A stretch of DNA of 64,000 nucleotides. Source: Candidatus Nomurabacteria bacterium (GTDB lineage: Bacteria; Patescibacteriota; Minisyncoccia; Phycocordibacterales; UBA9973). Of the stretch, positions 36,322 through 44,564 are shown piece by piece. How positions within the stretch are numbered: the first letter of the stretch is position 1; each line of letters opens with the position of its first letter. Where the stretch lies: positions 13,713 through 77,712 of the forward strand of contig JBPOHU010000001.1 in assembly GCA_052035195.1 (NCBI GenBank), written 5' to 3'. The notes under the pieces were generated by a model. It searched no databases. It saw only the letters and a list, made by a program, of their open reading frames with translations, and had not been told where the DNA came from. The translations under genes were made by a program, and so were the position numbers.

Positions 36322-37376
36322 CAGAAGGGATAAATGAATCTAGTCAGCAAGAAAACAGAATTGAAAAAATTGTTACCCATGAGGGTTTTTTTCATACTGA
36401 CGAGGTGTTTGCCACCGCAATTTTGAAAGATTTGTTTCCAGAGTCAATGGAATTAAAAGATGGTGGTAAGGCCGATTTTGTTAAATATTTGAGAACTAGA
36501 GATAAGGGGACTATATCTCGATACAAAGAATCACCTTCTACTTTACTAACTGATGTTGGAGGTGAATATGATTTTGAAAATTTTAATATGGATCATCATC
36601 AGATCGAAGGAGCTGGAGCAAGAGAAAATGGTATTAAATACGCTGCAGCAGGTTTGGTATGGAAGCATTTTGGTAAGGAGTGGATAAAGTATGTAGATGT
36701 TTATTCTCGTCGCTTAAATATGTCAGAAGAAGAAATAGACTTTGTTTGGGGGCAGGTTGACGAAACATATGTTCAATTTTTTGATAGTAGTGATACAGGG
36801 CAAATGGAGAGTATTACGTGTGAACTTAAGGACGGAACAGAGCTTAATGGCAAGCCGTTCTCTTTTAGTGAAATAATCAGGCTTTATAATATTGATGTTG
36901 GGGATGGTAGTAAACATCAAAAACGTTTTGACTTAGCTGTAGAAGTAATGAGAACCTCTATGCTTTCAATTGCCTATAAGTATATGCAGATGATTGAAGG
37001 TTTGAGAAAATTTAATCTTGAAAAGTGTGAATTTATTTCAAACGGAAGGGCTGTTATTATTAATCAGGATGTTGGATCAGAGGTGTCTTCATATGTACTA
37101 GATAAGCAAGAAGAATTTAAAAAAGTTGAGTATTACGCAGTACGAAACTTTAAAGATAATTACACTATTTTAGTTGCTCCTGTTGAGAGAGGTCAAAGAA
37201 AGTACCGTAATCCAAATGCAATTCCAGTCGAATTAAGACTCGCTGATAATGTAGAAGAAATTAATAAACTTATTGGAGTAGAAAAAGGTGTTATTTTTTC
37301 ACATACAGCAGGTTTTATGGCCTCATGTAAAGATTTAGAAACTGCTCGAAAATTTTTAGAGTATTGCACAAAATAA
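36309..37376 (+). CDS. MYG1/UPF0160-family metal-dependent hydrolase (RNA 3'-5' exonuclease family)
   Basis: IVTHEGFFHTDEVFATAIL matches the THxGxFHxDE motif. TDVGGEYDFENFNMDHHQ matches the DVGGxYD..DHHQ motif. Confidence 0.75.
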   Translation: MEKTPEGINESSQQENRIEKIVTHEGFFHTDEVFATAILKDLFPESMELKDGGKADFVKYLRTRDKGTISRYKESPSTLLTDVGGEYDFENFNMDHHQIEGAGARENGIKYAAAGLVWKHFGKEWIKYVDVYSRRLNMSEEEIDFVWGQVDETYVQFFDSSDTGQMESITCELKDGTELNGKPFSFSEIIRLYNIDVGDGSKHQKRFDLAVEVMRTSMLSIAYKYMQMIEGLRKFNLEKCEFISNGRAVIINQDVGSEVSSYVLDKQEEFKKVEYYAVRNFKDNYTILVAPVERGQRKYRNPNAIPVELRLADNVEEINKLIGVEKGVIFSHTAGFMASCKDLETARKFLEYCTK

Positions 37377-37428
37377 AATAACCCATAAAGAAATTGTCAT
37401 TAGACTTTTTCTTTATGGGTATGAATGT

Positions 37429-38019
37429 TTAAGCGGTTTTTTGTCCGTACCTTTTTTTGAATTTATCAATCTGTGAACTACCGTAAGGGCTGGTCACTTT
37501 TTGATTACCGGCTTCAACTTTGGGGTTTTTAGCCGGGGTAGGGGCTTGGTTGGAAGGATTAGGAGCAGGCTGGTTGTTTTTTTTATCCTTATTTTCATTT
37601 CGGATATTTTTCTTGAGCAAATTCAGCTTCTTACTGAGCTCAGGGTTTTCCTTCATTGTAGAGGTGCCCTTCCTGAGTGCCATTGCTTTCTGAAAGACCT
37701 TTTTCCTTTCGATCGGGTTTTGCAGTTTGAGACAAAGCGCAACAGCCATTTCGAACCTTTCAGGGTCATTTTTTTCATTCAGCTCCCTGGTTACCACTTC
37801 GGGATTACCTTTTTTCCACATTTTTTCTGCCCACAGGAACTCATCGTACCCTTCTTTGTGATCTTCAAGGGTGTGTTCGTTGTGGGTTTTTCCAATATGC
37901 AGATCGCCAGTCGGTGTCATGTAGAAATGCATGTCGCCTCTGTCATAGAATTCAATCCAGATGCGTGTATTACCTGATGTGCTGGGATAAAGCCCAACCA
38001 CTCTTTTAATTCTTGCCAT
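37429..38019 (-). CDS. Hypothetical protein (196 aa), noticeably GC-richer than neighbours, Lys/Asn/Pro-rich C-terminus
   Basis: ORF with a clear ATG at 38019. Composition by eye is richer in G/C than flanking genes. Confidence 0.4.
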   Translation of the reverse strand: MARIKRVVGLYPSTSGNTRIWIEFYDRGDMHFYMTPTGDLHIGKTHNEHTLEDHKEGYDEFLWAEKMWKKGNPEVVTRELNEKNDPERFEMAVALCLKLQNPIERKKVFQKAMALRKGTSTMKENPELSKKLNLLKKNIRNENKDKKNNQPAPNPSNQAPTPAKNPKVEAGNQKVTSPYGSSQIDKFKKRYGQKTA

Positions 38020-38025
38020 ATTATT

Positions 38026-38095
38026 GGGGGTTTTAATTGTTTACCAAAAACCTTAGGATGTTAGTCTAGAATCTTTGGTAAACAATTAAAACTCC
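38026..38095. promoter_or_regulatory. 19-bp perfect inverted repeat in the 5' leader/promoter of the 37429-38019 gene
   Basis: GGTTTTAATTGTTTACCAAA at 38025-38044, and its reverse complement TTTGGTAAACAATTAAAAC at 38076-38094, separated by about 30 nt. Confidence 0.4.
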
Positions 38096-38218
38096 TTTCA
38101 AAGAACCTTATATTAATATTGTAGCATAATAGAGTAACTATGTCAAGTAGTATTAATATACTTATAAAATAAGGCTAATTGTGTAAATACTTTATTATTA
38201 GTAAACTAAAAGAGACTT

Positions 38219-39598
38219 ATGAAATTTTCTAGTATATACATACCCACAAGGCCACAACCAGACACTATTGTAGCGATTTTCTTACTTAAGGCTTACGGGG
38301 TAACCATTTTTAATGGTATTGATACTGCTGATTATCAAGTTCTTTCTCATACTGATCAAAATAAAGATGAAAAAGAGTATTTGAAAGAAGGTAAAATATT
38401 ACTTGATGTTGGTGGAGGTATTTTTGATCACCACAATAAACTTGAAAAAACTACAGCTAGTGAACTTGTTGCCAAGGCTTTAGGTATACAAAATGAGCCT
38501 GCTATCCAAAAGCTTTTAGCTTACGCTAAGCGAGATGATTTTTATGGAAAGGGTACACAGTCTGATGATCCACTTGATAAAGCTTTTGGACTCTCTGGTT
38601 TAATAGCCGCTATGAATAAAACTCATTTGGACAATCCTACTGTTATTGTCGATACAATCCTTCCTCTTCTGCAGGCTCATCATAATCAAGAAAAACAAAG
38701 AACTATAGAATCGCCTAAAGAAATATCTTTGCTTCGAGAAAGAGGTCTTTTTTCTGAGATAGAAGTACTTCAGAAAAAAAATACACTCAAGGTTTGTTTT
38801 GTAGAATCTGATAACGTTGGTCTTCCAGGGTTTCTTCGAGCAACTGATGGTGGTCGTTATGATGTTGTAGTTCAGAAACGTAGTACTGGCCATGTAAATA
38901 TTTTGACTAAACCACTTAAAAGACCTGATTTGCGACCATTAGTCGGCTTGATCCGGGCAGAAGAGTATAGTATTCGCTCTGGTATTTTTTACCCAAATCC
39001 TGATTTGTTGAAATTACCCGGAAGAAATGACGATGTTCCGTTTTGGTATTTTGATCCAGCAACCAATTCTTTGCAAAATGGAGGTGTTAATCCTGAACAA
39101 ACAGAAGCAACTAAAATCCCCTGGGAAATAATAAAAAAACTCACGGAGAAAGGAATGGCTCTTTTTGAAGGAACAATTTTTAAACAGAAGGATCCGTCAC
39201 GTGTTTTATATACTGCTTTATTTGTAGATTCACCCGACCAACTTCTATCTAGATTTAAACCTAAGCACTCCCAGGTGTATGCGCACCATCTTACACTAAA
39301 TTATAAGCCTGAATCTATAAAAGATTTAGAAATAGGAAAGAAGATTGAACTTAAGATTATAGGGCGAGTTTCAGATGGCAATGGGGACGCCCTTCTTGTT
39401 GAAACTGATTTAAAAACAGAGGGTAGACATCCTCATATTACACTTTCTTGCGCAGAAGGTTTTCGTCCAAACTATTCAAACCAGATGGTTGAAAAGGCGG
39501 TGTTAGATGGCACTGTAGAGTATTTCGATGATGTTGAATATGTTGAAACTACCGAAGGATACGAAAATGGTGAAAATAAGGTTATTATCTCATTATAG
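38219..39598 (+). CDS. Fusion protein: divergent MYG1-like N-terminal domain plus C-terminal 2H-phosphoesterase (LigT/CPDase-like) domain
   Basis: LDVGGGIFDHHN resembles the MYG1 DVGGxYD..DHHQ motif. The C-terminal domain carries two HxT/Sx motifs (AHHLTL and HPHITLS) separated by about 70 aa, as in 2H phosphoesterases. Confidence 0.5.
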   Translation: MKFSSIYIPTRPQPDTIVAIFLLKAYGVTIFNGIDTADYQVLSHTDQNKDEKEYLKEGKILLDVGGGIFDHHNKLEKTTASELVAKALGIQNEPAIQKLLAYAKRDDFYGKGTQSDDPLDKAFGLSGLIAAMNKTHLDNPTVIVDTILPLLQAHHNQEKQRTIESPKEISLLRERGLFSEIEVLQKKNTLKVCFVESDNVGLPGFLRATDGGRYDVVVQKRSTGHVNILTKPLKRPDLRPLVGLIRAEEYSIRSGIFYPNPDLLKLPGRNDDVPFWYFDPATNSLQNGGVNPEQTEATKIPWEIIKKLTEKGMALFEGTIFKQKDPSRVLYTALFVDSPDQLLSRFKPKHSQVYAHHLTLNYKPESIKDLEIGKKIELKIIGRVSDGNGDALLVETDLKTEGRHPHITLSCAEGFRPNYSNQMVEKAVLDGTVEYFDDVEYVETTEGYENGENKVIISL

Positions 39599-39638
39599 CT
39601 TGCCTTAAAAGCACTTTTCTGCTATAGTTCCAGGACAT

Positions 39639-39797
39639 ATGCCACAGCAAAACCTAGTAAAATTAGTAAACAAAGAGACAGGGGAAACCTATTGGTCTAC
39701 AAAAAACCGCAAAAAGCTTGCAGGTATTAAGCTTGAATTCAAGAAATACTCTCGAAAACTTCGAAAGGTTGTATCTTTCAAGGAATCAAAGAAATAA
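39639..39797 (+). CDS. rpmG: 50S ribosomal protein L33 (Cys-less variant); below ORF-track size cutoff
   Basis: MPQQNLVKLVNKETGETYWSTKNRKKLAGIKLEFKKYSRKLRKVVSFKESKK aligns with the L33 pattern (Y.TTKNK....RLELKKY..R..KHV.HKE.K). Followed by a terminator. Confidence 0.65.
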   Translation: MPQQNLVKLVNKETGETYWSTKNRKKLAGIKLEFKKYSRKLRKVVSFKESKK

Positions 39798-39803
39798 TAA
39801 AAA

Positions 39804-39826
39804 CCCTCATTATGAGGGTTTTTATT
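39804..39826 (+). terminator. Intrinsic terminator after rpmG
   Basis: CCCTC-ATTAT-GAGGG followed by TTTTTATTATTT. Confidence 0.5.
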
Positions 39827-39837
39827 ATTTCTTTTTG

Positions 39838-39911
39838 TGGCGGGCGATGTAGGAATCGGACCCACACCAAAGGTTTTGGAGACCTTCGTTCTACCACTAA
39901 ACTAATCGCCC
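39838..39911 (-). tRNA. tRNA-Trp (anticodon CCA)
   Basis: Reverse complement GGGCGATTAGTTTAGTGGTAGAACGAAGGTCTCCAAAACCTTTGGTGTGGGTCCGATTCCTACATCGCCCGCCA. 7-bp acceptor stem, anticodon stem AAGGT/ACCTT with loop CTCCAAA, encoded CCA end. Confidence 0.8.
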
Positions 39912-39947
39912 AACAGTCCATACTATAACAAAAAAGATCAATTTGAG

Positions 39948-40784
39948 CTATTTTGCATATTTCTTAAACCAAGTACGTTGACGCTTGGCATAATGCCAGA
40001 TAGCCATTTCAAGCTCTTTAAGCATCTCTTCTTTGGATAGTTTGTCTTGTAAAAATAATGCCAGATATCGATATTCCAATCCGAAAGATTCAAGTCTTTT
40101 CCAAGAGACGCCTTCAGAGTGCAAACTCTCTACTTCTTTTACCATACCCGTTTTCATTCTTTTCAAAAGTCTTTTGTGTATTCTTTCTTTCAAGACTTCA
40201 TCAGGAAAGTCTAGATATATCCACTCTACATTGTACTTGTGGTGAGCTTGCCGAACCATTTCAGGTACAGAGCCGAGCGCTGTAGCTATTTCTATAGCAC
40301 GGATAAGCCTCACTTTATTTTTCTGATCAACCAATTCAAAACGCCTAGGGTCTAATTTTTGAAGTTTATTTTGAAGTTCTTCGAGAGATAGTTTTTCTAA
40401 AGTTTTTCGAAGTGTTTTATTTGGAGGAACAGCAGGGAAGGCAATATCACAAATAACAGCATCAATATAAAATCCAGTTCCGCCGCAAATAATAGGAGTC
40501 TTGCCACGACTTACGATATCTTTGATAGCTTTGTCGGCAAACTTTTTATAACTAGATACAGAAAATACTCTTTTTGGATTTGCTATATCTAGGCAGTAAT
40601 GAGGTATACCACGCATTTCTTTTTTGGTAATTTTGCCACTACCTATATCTAAACCACGATACACTTGTCGAGAATCAGCAGAGACGATTTCTCCTCGCAC
40701 CTTTTTAGCGAGTTCTACTGCATAGTCACTTTTACCTGTAGCAGTAGGACCACATACTACGATGATTTTTTGTAATGATTTCAT
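39948..40784 (-). CDS. miaA: tRNA dimethylallyltransferase
   Basis: P-loop IVVCGPTATGKS, and SADSRQVYRGLDIGSGK. Confidence 0.9.
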   Translation of the reverse strand: MKSLQKIIVVCGPTATGKSDYAVELAKKVRGEIVSADSRQVYRGLDIGSGKITKKEMRGIPHYCLDIANPKRVFSVSSYKKFADKAIKDIVSRGKTPIICGGTGFYIDAVICDIAFPAVPPNKTLRKTLEKLSLEELQNKLQKLDPRRFELVDQKNKVRLIRAIEIATALGSVPEMVRQAHHKYNVEWIYLDFPDEVLKERIHKRLLKRMKTGMVKEVESLHSEGVSWKRLESFGLEYRYLALFLQDKLSKEEMLKELEMAIWHYAKRQRTWFKKYAK

Positions 40785-40943
40785 ACTTTTACTTTTTTAT
40801 GGGTCACTAGTTACTAAGTATTTTTTCGCTAGTTGGCGAAAAAATACAAAGTACTATCGACCCCGACTCGATTGTCCTTCGGACATATCTCCGTCTCACA
40901 AAATGTCCACAAGCAAAGAAGTTTGCTTGTTTTTCACATTTTG

Positions 40944-41024
40944 TGCCCGAGGGGAGACTTGAACTCCCACCCCTTACGAGACTCGATTTTGAGTCGAGCG
41001 CGTCTACCATTCCGCCACTCGGGC
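40944..41024 (-). tRNA. tRNA-Leu (anticodon CAA)
   Basis: Reverse complement GCCCGAGTGGCGGAATGGTAGACGCGCTCGACTCAAAATCGAGTCTCGTAAGGGGTGGGAGTTCAAGTCTCCCCTCGGGCA. Long variable arm and T-arm GGAGTTCAAGTCTCC. Confidence 0.85.
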
Positions 41025-41114
41025 AACTCGCCCCGCGAAGCTTTATGCGAAGTGGGGTTACGTCCTCATTTTACATGGTTTTTGGGTTAAGTAAACATCA
41101 AATTAATATAATAC

Positions 41115-41142
41115 TTGACAAAGTCTGTCAAAGGTGTATAGT
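41115..41142 (+). promoter_or_regulatory. Near-consensus sigma-70 promoter (TTGACA-16-TATAGT) whose -35 box is embedded in a palindrome TTGACAaagtcTGTCAA
   Basis: TTGACA at 41115-41120, TATAGT at 41137-41142. Palindrome spans 41115-41131. Confidence 0.5.
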
Positions 41143-41148
41143 GTACTC

Positions 41149-41442
41149 AGAGTTCTTACCCGCACGGAATGTCTCCTTGCGGAAACACAAAAAAATAAAA
41201 AATGAAAAGGAAAGTTCCCCCGGGCTACAATGCCCGCAACACATCTTCTGTCGATCCCTTTTATGCCGTAAGTTTTTCCGATGTGATCAGCCTGGATACC
41301 GGCCCCTGCCGCCAGCATCTGAAAAGACTGGACTGACCGACCCCGCTGCCGGGCCCGCTTTAAAACAGTAGGAGCCCAGCTAAAAAAATCTACCCATGCC
41401 TTGTGGTAGTACCCCCGATTTTTTCGGGGGTTCTTTGTTTTT
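41149..41442 (+). ncRNA. Candidate structured ncRNA (~290 nt), GC-rich, class unresolved (some RNase P RNA P4-like strings: AGGAAAGUUCCCCCGGGCU and ACAGUAGGAGCCCAGCUAA)
   Basis: GC-rich block with no credible ORF. Consensus promoter upstream. Predicted ends can pair (5' GUACU with 3' AGUAC). Strong intrinsic terminator CCCCCGA-TTTTT-TCGGGGG plus T-run at 41412-41442. Class assignment is low-confidence. Confidence 0.45.
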
Positions 41443-41474
41443 AAGCTCAAAATTTTTTATGTTATTATGTAGTC

Positions 41475-42509
41475 ATGTCAAACCTGTATTCAAATTCAAT
41501 CTTTTTTATCGACACAGATAAAATTTTTCCAAATCCATACCAACCTCGCCGAGAATTTGAACAAGGGCCACTAAACGATTTAGCAGAATCTATCCGTCAG
41601 TATGGAGTGTTGCAGCCACTAACTGTCTCTCGGGTAGAAAAAGAAACTCCAGACGGGGGGTTAATCACTGAGTATGAACTTATCGCTGGAGAGCGTAGAC
41701 TACGTGCTGCCAAACTTGCTGGTATTCCTACAGTACCTGTGATTATCAGAGTAGGAGATGATCCTATGATGAAGCTAGAGCTCGCTATCATCGAAAATGT
41801 TCAGCGCGAAGATCTCAATCCGGTAGAACGTGCTCGAAGTTTTGCTCGTCTTGTAGAAGAATTCAAACTCACTCACGCTCAAATAGGGCAAAAGGTAGGT
41901 AAGAGTCGAGAATATGTTTCAAACTCCCTTAGACTTTTGTTGATGCCACAAGAATTTCTAGATGCTCTTTCAGAGGGCAAGATAAATGAAGGTCATACAA
42001 GACCACTTCTCATGCTTAGTACTCGCAAAGAAGAGCAGATGACTTTGTTCAAAGAAATAGTTTATCGCAAGATTTCTGTAAGAGAAGCAGAGCGTATTGC
42101 GCGTCGTATTGCTACAGATAAAGCTCGCAAAAAAGAGCTTCTTCCTACGCCAGAGCTCATGGAAATAGAAAAACATTTGCAAGAGAAGCTTGGTACCAGG
42201 GTTCATATTCAGCAAGGTGAAGTCGGTGGCAAAATTACGATAGATTATTTCTCAAATGATGATCTTGATGTGATAGTTGATGTATTAGGCAAAGCACAAG
42301 CTAGAGGCACAACAGAAGAGAATTTCAAGGCTTTTATAGCAACAAAAGAGGGTACTCCTGTATCAGAAAATATTAGTTCAGAGCAAGTCCTTGAAGAAAG
42401 AGCAGAAAAAGAAGAAGTAGCTTTACTTGATGATAGAAATAAAGAAGAAGTCAAAGAATCAGAAGAAGACGTAGATAGTCTATACAATATCAAAAACTTC
42501 TCTCTCTAG
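41475..42509 (+). CDS. parB: Chromosome partitioning protein ParB/Spo0J (no adjacent parA)
   Basis: ParB box (LIAGERRLRAAKLAGIPTVPVII) and HTH region. 344 aa with an acidic C-terminal tail. Confidence 0.85.
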   Translation: MSNLYSNSIFFIDTDKIFPNPYQPRREFEQGPLNDLAESIRQYGVLQPLTVSRVEKETPDGGLITEYELIAGERRLRAAKLAGIPTVPVIIRVGDDPMMKLELAIIENVQREDLNPVERARSFARLVEEFKLTHAQIGQKVGKSREYVSNSLRLLLMPQEFLDALSEGKINEGHTRPLLMLSTRKEEQMTLFKEIVYRKISVREAERIARRIATDKARKKELLPTPELMEIEKHLQEKLGTRVHIQQGEVGGKITIDYFSNDDLDVIVDVLGKAQARGTTEENFKAFIATKEGTPVSENISSEQVLEERAEKEEVALLDDRNKEEVKESEEDVDSLYNIKNFSL

Positions 42510-43990
42510 TCCTTCACTGAAAACCTTTCAGCCAAGCCACCTTTTTCTTCTACATACATTCTGATTTTCTTACGAGCAAAACTTGTTTTGGCGTATTCAA
42601 GCCATTTACTACTCGGATGAGCATTTTTGGCTGTGATTATCTCCACTACGTCACCATTTTGCAGTATTGTATCTAGGCTCGCCATTTTTCTATTTATTTT
42701 TACGGCGCTTACACTGTTACCGATATCAGAGTGTATGGCATATGCGAAGTCTATAGCACTTGCGTCTTCTGGCAAATCTATCACGTCGCCCTTTGGTGTG
42801 AAGACAAAGATTCGATGGTTGAAAAAGTCTAACTTGAGCTCATTCATATCGTCCACGCTACTTACCAAACTAGATAGTTCTTTGAGTTGATCAAGCCAGG
42901 CTTGTTGTTGTTTTTCTGATACTTTTCCTCCTAGAGATTTTTCTTTGTAGACTAGGTGTGAAGCTATACCTAGCTCAGCATCACTATGCATTTCATTTGT
43001 GCGTATTTGGATCTCTACGACTCCTCCAGGGGTAACAACTGTTGTGTGCAATGATTTGTAGCCATTTGGTTTTGGTACGGCTATCCAGTCTTTTATACGG
43101 CCAGGAATAGGTTTCCAGGACATATGCATTAGTCCTAATACTTGATAACAATCAGCGACACTTGGCACCAAGACTCTCAGGGCTACTATGTCATGGATTT
43201 TTTCTCTTTCCATATTGTATTTCACAAGCTTTCTATAGAGGCTATAGACATGCTTAGCTCGAGCATCTACCTGGGCTTGTATATTAAAAGACTCAAGTAT
43301 TTCCTCAACTTCTTTTTTGATGGTATCAACGAGTTTTGTAGCTTCGGGTGTTAGTTCATCCATCAAAGCTTTTGTTTCTTTGTGTTCTTGGGGGTAAGCA
43401 AAAGGGAAGGCTTCATTTTCAAGAAGGCCTTTGAGTTTGCCCATACCGAGTCGTCCAGCAAGAGGGGCATAGACTTCTATTGTTTCTATTGCGATTCTTT
43501 TTTGTTTATCTTCTCTTACATGTTCTAGTGTCTGGATATTGTGAAGTCTATCAGCGAGCTTGATGATAAGTACACGTACATCCTCAGCCAAAGCAATAAA
43601 AAACTTCCTCATACTCTCTACGTGCCTTTCAACTCCTTGGTATTTTAATTTTCCAAGTTTTGTAACTCCTGATACCAAGAAAAGTATTTCTTCTCCAAAT
43701 TCTTTTTTAAATTCTTCTTCAGTAATATCAGTATCCTCTAGCGTGTCATGAAGTAGTGCTCCGGATATCGTGATAGCATCTGCTCCTAGGGAAGCGCAGT
43801 TTTTTGCCACTTCAAAAACATGTGTAAAATACGGCTCTCCACTATTTCGAAGTTGATTTGCGTGTGCCTTTTTTGAGAAAAAGTAAGCCTTCTCTATAAG
43901 AGCTTTTTCTTCTACTCCAAAAGATTTTCCGCTGTATTTATATAGTTCTTCTAAATGTTCTTCTGGACTTTTCATGATATTGTTATACAC
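42506..43990 (-). CDS. RelA/SpoT-family (p)ppGpp synthetase/hydrolase, short form (HD + synthetase + TGS; no ACT domain)
   Basis: HD motif (HDTLEDT), RelA_SpoT synthetase region, and TGS domain (RIFVFTPKGDVIDLPEDASAIDFAYAIHSDIG). 494 aa. Confidence 0.85.
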   Translation of the reverse strand: MYNNIMKSPEEHLEELYKYSGKSFGVEEKALIEKAYFFSKKAHANQLRNSGEPYFTHVFEVAKNCASLGADAITISGALLHDTLEDTDITEEEFKKEFGEEILFLVSGVTKLGKLKYQGVERHVESMRKFFIALAEDVRVLIIKLADRLHNIQTLEHVREDKQKRIAIETIEVYAPLAGRLGMGKLKGLLENEAFPFAYPQEHKETKALMDELTPEATKLVDTIKKEVEEILESFNIQAQVDARAKHVYSLYRKLVKYNMEREKIHDIVALRVLVPSVADCYQVLGLMHMSWKPIPGRIKDWIAVPKPNGYKSLHTTVVTPGGVVEIQIRTNEMHSDAELGIASHLVYKEKSLGGKVSEKQQQAWLDQLKELSSLVSSVDDMNELKLDFFNHRIFVFTPKGDVIDLPEDASAIDFAYAIHSDIGNSVSAVKINRKMASLDTILQNGDVVEIITAKNAHPSSKWLEYAKTSFARKKIRMYVEEKGGLAERFSVKD

Positions 43991-44149
43991 TGTTATTCAG
44001 AAAAAATACAGTATTTTTTGTTTCCATAGCAATCCTAAATAAAAACCCCTCTTTTCCAGGAGGGGTTTGTTTATTGTTGACTTTTTATAGATTTTGTTAT
44101 ATAATATAATTATATATAGTACAGTTCTTTCACTTTTAAAATCATTCAA

Positions 44150-44527
44150 ATGAAAAAGATATTAGTTTTTATTTTAGTAATTTTACTGAGCAACTCTCTT
44201 TATGCTCAGGAAAAAACCCCTGTTCGGGCAGTCGAACTCAAATCATCCGTCTCTTCTTTTGAAACCTTGTTTTCTAAAACCGGCCTCCGTCCTATTTCGG
44301 GGACACAAGAACTACGCACTATTTACAAAGATGTAATGGAAGTCCCTGAGCTTTTTGGGCTAAGCCCTAAGAGCTCCATTTTCTTTGTATATGAGGTTTC
44401 AGGAAAGCTCTGTTTAACAGAGGTTCGCTGGAAAGAGATTGATGCCAGAGGAACACTCATTGTTCAAAATATAAAATGGTTGAGTATAAACATCATCCCG
44501 AAGGGCTCAATCATTATGGGAAGATAA
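44150..44527 (+). CDS. Small secreted protein (125 aa), hypothetical
   Basis: Signal peptide MKKILVFILVILLSNSLYA. Confidence 0.4.
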   Translation: MKKILVFILVILLSNSLYAQEKTPVRAVELKSSVSSFETLFSKTGLRPISGTQELRTIYKDVMEVPELFGLSPKSSIFFVYEVSGKLCLTEVRWKEIDARGTLIVQNIKWLSINIIPKGSIIMGR

Positions 44528-44564
44528 AAAGCTTTTTTAAAAAATCCGACAAGTTCGGATTTTT

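Noticed and set aside
40833-41450. ORF-track ORFs 40833-41090(+), 40943-41371(+), 40807-41010(-) and 41103-41450(-)
   Set aside because: They lie across tRNA-Leu and the GC-rich candidate ncRNA. Their translations are Arg/Gly/Pro-rich nonsense typical of ORFs read through structured RNA. The promoter and terminator bracket an RNA, not a CDS.
44046-44065. Hairpin CCCCT-CTTTTCCAGG-AGGGG with flanking A/T runs upstream of rel as a possible sRNA or terminator
   Set aside because: No gene ends at it on either strand: rel starts here and the next plus-strand gene begins downstream. It may stop read-through, but there is not enough evidence for an RNA gene.
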